Shown: positions 36,601-39,956 of the stretch, in pieces | How positions within the stretch are numbered: position 1 is the first letter of the stretch | Layout: each line of letters starts with the position of its first letter | Assembly: GCA_050175655.1 (NCBI GenBank) | Contig: JBFXIT010000002.1 | Span: 1 to 39,956 of the forward strand | Direction of reading: 5' to 3' | Length of the DNA stretch: 39,956 nt | Origin: Leucobacter sp. | GTDB lineage: Bacteria; Actinomycetota; Actinomycetes; Actinomycetales; Microbacteriaceae | Notes under the pieces: model-generated | What the model was told of the DNA's origin: nothing | The model's input: the letters and a program-made list of their open reading frames with translations, nothing else | Databases searched by the model: none | Program-made: the position numbers and the translations under genes

Positions 36601-39600
36601 ACGGCGACCGGGTGCGGCTGGTCACCGTCGGGGCGCCGAGCGATCCGCAACTCTCGGTCTCGATCCTGCCGCGTTCCGGCACCGTTCAGGTCGCGGCATC
36701 GACCAGCGCGGCGCGCGGCACCCACTACGTCGATTACACTGTGCGCGATGACTTCGGCGGCGAGGCGACCGGCCGCCTCCGCATCATCGTCACCGACCCC
36801 GACCCGGGCGGAGGAGCCCCGGTCGTCTACAGCGACTACGTGCGCATCGCGCGCGGTACAGCGGAGCCCGCGGTCGTGCGACCCCTCGACAACGACATCG
36901 ACCCGTCGGGCGGCACGCTCACGATCGTCGAGGTCGTGCCCAACGTGCCCGGCGGCGAGGAGTCGCCGCTCTACGCAGACCTCGCGGCCCGGCTCGATAC
37001 GAGCGCACTGGAGCAGGGCGTCGTCAGCATCGCGGGCGGCGACGAACTGGGGGCATTCTCATACCGCTATACCGTTCGTTCCAGCAAGACGAAGAGCACG
37101 GCCGACGGCCTGATCGTCGTGCAGGTGAGCGACCGGATCGGCCGGCAGGCTCCGACCGTGCAAGACACGGTGCTGTCGGTGCGCGACCGCGCCGAGCTGA
37201 AGAGTTCGGGCGTCGACGTGGTCACCGGCCGCGTGAGGTGGGCCACCGGCGATATCTCGAAGCTCGAGCTCTCGCTGTGGAGCGGGGCCGAGAACAGCTA
37301 CCAGGTGAGCGGGTCGAGCATCGTCGGCAGTTACCGTGCCGAGGGCGATCTCGTGCCCTTCAAGCTCACCGGCCCCGACGCGAGCGGCGAGCAGGTCGAG
37401 ACCTACGGCTTCTTGATCGTGCCGCCGCTCGACGAGATGCGACTCGGGCTCAAGCCGGGGGCCGGAGCGCTCGCCGTCGATGAGAACAAGACCGTCGACG
37501 CCGATCTGCGGGAGCTGCTCGACCTCGGGCCGGGCGACCAGATCGAGCTCGCCGACGGCCCCTTCGGCGTGCAGCGCTCGCAGGCTTCGTGCGTCGCGAC
37601 CGGGCAGACGACTATCCGGTACAGTGCGGGCAAGGAAGCCCCGTGGGGCGACTCGTGCACCGTGCAGGTGCGACTGACCGAGCAGAACACCTACACTTCC
37701 CTGCCCATCCCGATCGAGATCAAGCCCGACTCGCCGGTCGTCATGCTGAACCCGCTGACGCGCACGATCGCTCCGGGCGAGGGCGAGACGATCGACCTCA
37801 CCGACATGGTCGACTGGCAGGGCGGCCGCGAGGGCAAGATCGACCAGTTGCGCTGGCAGACGGGCGCAGGATCGGCACCCTTCGAGGTGACCTCCTCGGG
37901 CTCGCAGGTGCAGGTGCAGGTGCGAGCCGACGGCGCGCCGGGCTCGCAGCAGGTGCTCGCGGTGAGCGTCTCGGGCGAGGGGGAGAGCCAGGCGGTGCTC
38001 ACTCTGCGAGTGGGGGCCGCGGCGCAGGACGCGCCCCGCGGCGGCACCGTGTCGCTGCAGTGCACCGTCGACTCGAACTGCACGGCTCCGCTCGTCGGAG
38101 TCGGCGGGGAATACGATCCGTTCGCCGGTAAGAGCGGCGGCGGCCTGCACCTGGTCTCCGTCGATTCGGCCGGATGCCAGTTCGGCGACATGCAGGCCTC
38201 CGGTGACAGCGTGGTGGTCTCCTGGCCGAAGCAGCGCGGCCCGGGAGGCAGATGCACGGCGAGTTTCACGGTGCGCGACGCGCAGGATCGCACGGGCACC
38301 GGGCAGATCGAGTTCGATGCCCAGGGCGTGCCGCCGAAGCCCGACGAGATCGTTCTGGTCTCGGCCGAGGCGAACAGTGTGACGCTCCAGGTCAAGCTCG
38401 GCGAGGCCGCGAGTGCGCACCCGAGCGTGACGGGCGTCGTCGTGAACATGGACGGCGGAGGGTCGGTCGGATCCTGCACGCCGTCGGGCGACACCTATCG
38501 CTGCGTCGTCGGGTCGCTCAATGTCGGAGAATCGCACCGCTTCGTGGCGCGCGCGGTCAACGGTGTCGGCGAATCCGACCCCACCGAGCCCGTCGACGCC
38601 TGGGCCTTTCGCCAGCCCGAGCTGAGTCTCGGCCAGATCGATGCGGTGCAGCGGTCGGCCGAGTCCACCGCCACCGGAACGGTGCGCGTGACGGTCAACG
38701 GCACCGACCCCACCGTCAAGCACTTCAAGGTCGTTGTCGGCGGGATCTCGGGAGTGATCGACGGAGCCAGCGGCCATATCGACATCGCCGGTGTGGCCGT
38801 GGGGTCCGCCGCGTACACGGTCACCCCGGTGAGCCAATTCGCCCCTCCCAGCACCGGCGGCTCCAGCGAGGGCTCGACGGTCGGCGACAGCCTCACCGTC
38901 GGAGGCCTTCCCACCGTGACGATCGCCGCGACCTCGGCTCAGGGCAGCAGCACGGCGGACGTGACGGTGACGCTCGACGCGAACGGCGGTGGTGATCCCG
39001 AGGTCGGCTCATCGGTGGGCGCCGCTGCCTGCGCACCTGCTGAGGGCGGCACGAGCTTCACCTTCAGCCACGCGGGATCGGCCCACACTGAGATGACGGT
39101 GAACGGCTGCGGCAGCAACGAGTGGGGTGCGGCGGCCCCCGTGAGTACCGCGGTGCTCGTCGGCGACCGCCCGTCGCCGCCGACCGTCACCGAGGGGTGG
39201 AGCGTCGCGACGAACTACTCCATCGCAGGTTCTTCTGCGGTCTACGGTCTGGTCAGCGGGCCCACGGTGGCGGCGGACTACACCCTGCAGTTCACGGTCA
39301 ACGGCGCGGTCTCGGGCGCATTCCCCGGTGGCCTCGACCCGAACGTCTCGACGACGGCGAGCGTCGTGCAGTGCGTCGGCTCCGTCTGCTCCGATCCCGT
39401 CGCCATCACCGGCAACGCGCCCACGACCGTCGAGGTGGTGCTCCCCGCCTGCATCGCAGAGGGCGCTACACCCGCCGAGCTGCTGCCCTACGTGTCAGCC
39501 GCCGCGCGATCCTATGCCGCGCCCTCGTACGTCGGCGGTGTGTTCACCGTCGGCTGGGCCACCCCCTTCAACAACCTGCAGCAGCTCGATCAGGCGATCG

Positions 39601-39614
39601 CGCCGTGCCCCTAG
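33642..39614 (+). CDS. Giant (~1990 aa) surface protein with Ig/cadherin-like repeats and a fibronectin type III domain
   Basis: ATG overlaps the kinase stop (ATGA). Basic N-terminus plus TM/signal. Repeated PVAVDD..VRAG..PVLxND, DPxGD and FSYRITDG/YTVRDD motifs. FN3-like PPKP...HRFVARAVNGVGES. Cys pairs in the distal part. Confidence 0.85.
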   Translation: MNAAKRATRRSPAAASRPGRRWAKWVAGGAVAALVVTVAVVVSGFDSRETPREDPSVWVVRTAGQYARVNTETAEIDTVRQIEGPSGVVQSGSFGLLLSQGDGRAWTIDQAAPQDIRDGGGAAADGAEADGAEIDGAEVEDAEADGAEAAAAEDPSADAVEEAATADDDTTGPSAIRTPGGTRQVIAAGDAVLFFTEAGETHLAGIDHRAGASTLGAPVLLDPFAEENAEVENAEDRKEYRADAAAIDSSGLVALYSSSERSVRWYDIGAGEFKRATSDVPEGAPGEGAQLAIVGGRWVLLDTETGTLWRDGRSAVEIDLVGTALLQGSGADAEAVLVADEAGLWSVDGSAERVADAEGVPARPEQVGDDVVAAWIGSTSAAMWTASGGETVLDLDGAVEDTADPSPVIRTSGGRGLVTDMRSGMMWTVPDGRLIPVEQWTLIDPPKQETGTVITQDVTEQEPPVAVDDSFGVRAGEPALLPVLLNDYDPNRSDVLTVVLEGLGEGLSADFGTVEALSDGQGLMVQPGAAATGATSFSYRITDGVNVSPPATVTLTVVPESVNTAPQWCPVDGCQRSWPSPELAPGGTLVLPILEGWVDPEGDPMMLAEATPVNAEDPVRALVTADGRLAVRHTDSNASDGDIGVRVRIVDSRGEATERELRIRVRPGAAAEFAPIATTVKIGEPVVLRPLERVSGGSGSYALVDAVVQSGNASATVNQGAGTIEFAADTAGGSLVTVTVRDTITELEISGVVRVTAVEKRAALAVPPLRAFLRPLSDTTIEVLDAIPGANSRSLVVQSAAAVDGELRVDVIEHARLRLSGSTADGQPGRIGSADVVIAEGELTATGRVTVFQVPETSVGGAIAVADSVTVRAGSIVDIPVLDNDVAPPGERLVLHPEVGAPGAEGELAFASGSRVRYLAPDEPGSYVLSYTTYGVSSPENSDVGQVRVTVLPTGTNRDPQPPNVTVRLAPGESVTSSIPVSRADPDGDRVRLVTVGAPSDPQLSVSILPRSGTVQVAASTSAARGTHYVDYTVRDDFGGEATGRLRIIVTDPDPGGGAPVVYSDYVRIARGTAEPAVVRPLDNDIDPSGGTLTIVEVVPNVPGGEESPLYADLAARLDTSALEQGVVSIAGGDELGAFSYRYTVRSSKTKSTADGLIVVQVSDRIGRQAPTVQDTVLSVRDRAELKSSGVDVVTGRVRWATGDISKLELSLWSGAENSYQVSGSSIVGSYRAEGDLVPFKLTGPDASGEQVETYGFLIVPPLDEMRLGLKPGAGALAVDENKTVDADLRELLDLGPGDQIELADGPFGVQRSQASCVATGQTTIRYSAGKEAPWGDSCTVQVRLTEQNTYTSLPIPIEIKPDSPVVMLNPLTRTIAPGEGETIDLTDMVDWQGGREGKIDQLRWQTGAGSAPFEVTSSGSQVQVQVRADGAPGSQQVLAVSVSGEGESQAVLTLRVGAAAQDAPRGGTVSLQCTVDSNCTAPLVGVGGEYDPFAGKSGGGLHLVSVDSAGCQFGDMQASGDSVVVSWPKQRGPGGRCTASFTVRDAQDRTGTGQIEFDAQGVPPKPDEIVLVSAEANSVTLQVKLGEAASAHPSVTGVVVNMDGGGSVGSCTPSGDTYRCVVGSLNVGESHRFVARAVNGVGESDPTEPVDAWAFRQPELSLGQIDAVQRSAESTATGTVRVTVNGTDPTVKHFKVVVGGISGVIDGASGHIDIAGVAVGSAAYTVTPVSQFAPPSTGGSSEGSTVGDSLTVGGLPTVTIAATSAQGSSTADVTVTLDANGGGDPEVGSSVGAAACAPAEGGTSFTFSHAGSAHTEMTVNGCGSNEWGAAAPVSTAVLVGDRPSPPTVTEGWSVATNYSIAGSSAVYGLVSGPTVAADYTLQFTVNGAVSGAFPGGLDPNVSTTASVVQCVGSVCSDPVAITGNAPTTVEVVLPACIAEGATPAELLPYVSAAARSYAAPSYVGGVFTVGWATPFNNLQQLDQAIAPCP
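34011..34086 (+). repeat. Degenerate 15-bp tandem repeat x5 encoding (A/I)DGAE units
   Basis: gccgatggcgccgag gctgatggcgccgag attgatggcgccgag gtcgaagatgctgag gcagacggcgccgag. Confidence 0.8.
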
Positions 39615-39657
39615 CCGGGCTCCGAACCCGACCCCTCCCCAGAGAAAGAAGCGCCAC

Positions 39658-39956
39658 ATGACGACCGCACCCGCGCAGCCCAGCCCGCTCTCAGAAGACC
39701 GCGCGCGTTGGGCGGGAGAGTCGATCCGCACCACGGCCGATGCCATGGAGCAGGTGATCCACGGCAAGCGCCGCGTGATCGAGCTGGTGCTCGCGACGCA
39801 GATCGCCGGCGGCCACGTGCTGCTTGAAGACGTGCCCGGCACGGGCAAGACTGCGCTGGCGCGCACGCTCGCGCAAGTGATGCAGGGCAGCGCGTCGCGC
39901 ATCCAGTTCACGCCCGACCTGCTGCCGGGCGACGTCACCGGCATCACCGTCTACGA
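39658..39956 (+). CDS. MoxR-family AAA+ ATPase (partial, runs off window end)
   Basis: ATG 39658 after AGAAAGAAG; own translation gives GHVLLEDVPGTGKTALARTLA...SRIQFTPDLLPGDVTG, the MoxR signature. Not in the supplied ORF track because no stop is in the window. Confidence 0.93.
   Translation, partial: MTTAPAQPSPLSEDRARWAGESIRTTADAMEQVIHGKRRVIELVLATQIAGGHVLLEDVPGTGKTALARTLAQVMQGSASRIQFTPDLLPGDVTGITVY

Overview
High-GC actinobacterial chromosome segment; gene content and style suggest Microbacteriaceae, possibly Leucobacter (inference). From left to right: a secreted CHAP-like protein; a truncated MFS remnant; a small defence islet around tRNA-Arg(ACG) (GmrSD-like DUF262/HNH nuclease and a MazF/PemK toxin-antitoxin pair); housekeeping genes (apt, double-DUF2207 membrane protein, acyl-CoA synthetase, menC, menB); a five-gene catabolic cassette (amidohydrolase and two SDRs bracketed by two paralogous wHTH-FCD regulators); and tRNA-Trp-secE-nusG-(yiaA)-rplK-rplA. 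The most interesting part is the 20-kb locus after rplA, which looks like a non-canonical type VII secretion/toxin system. It encodes an FHA- and TM-containing multi-ATPase FtsK/EccC-like protein and an RDD protein, and, divergently, a WXG100 protein, an Rhs polymorphic toxin with a WXG-like N-terminus, a coupled membrane immunity candidate and a decayed orphan gene. These are followed by a Ser/Thr kinase, a ~1990-aa Ig/FN3 surface protein and a MoxR AAA+ ATPase that runs off the window end. No canonical eccB/eccD/mycP or esaA/essA/essB genes, no integrase or transposase and no CRISPR array were seen. All family calls come from motif recognition by eye; no database searches were run.
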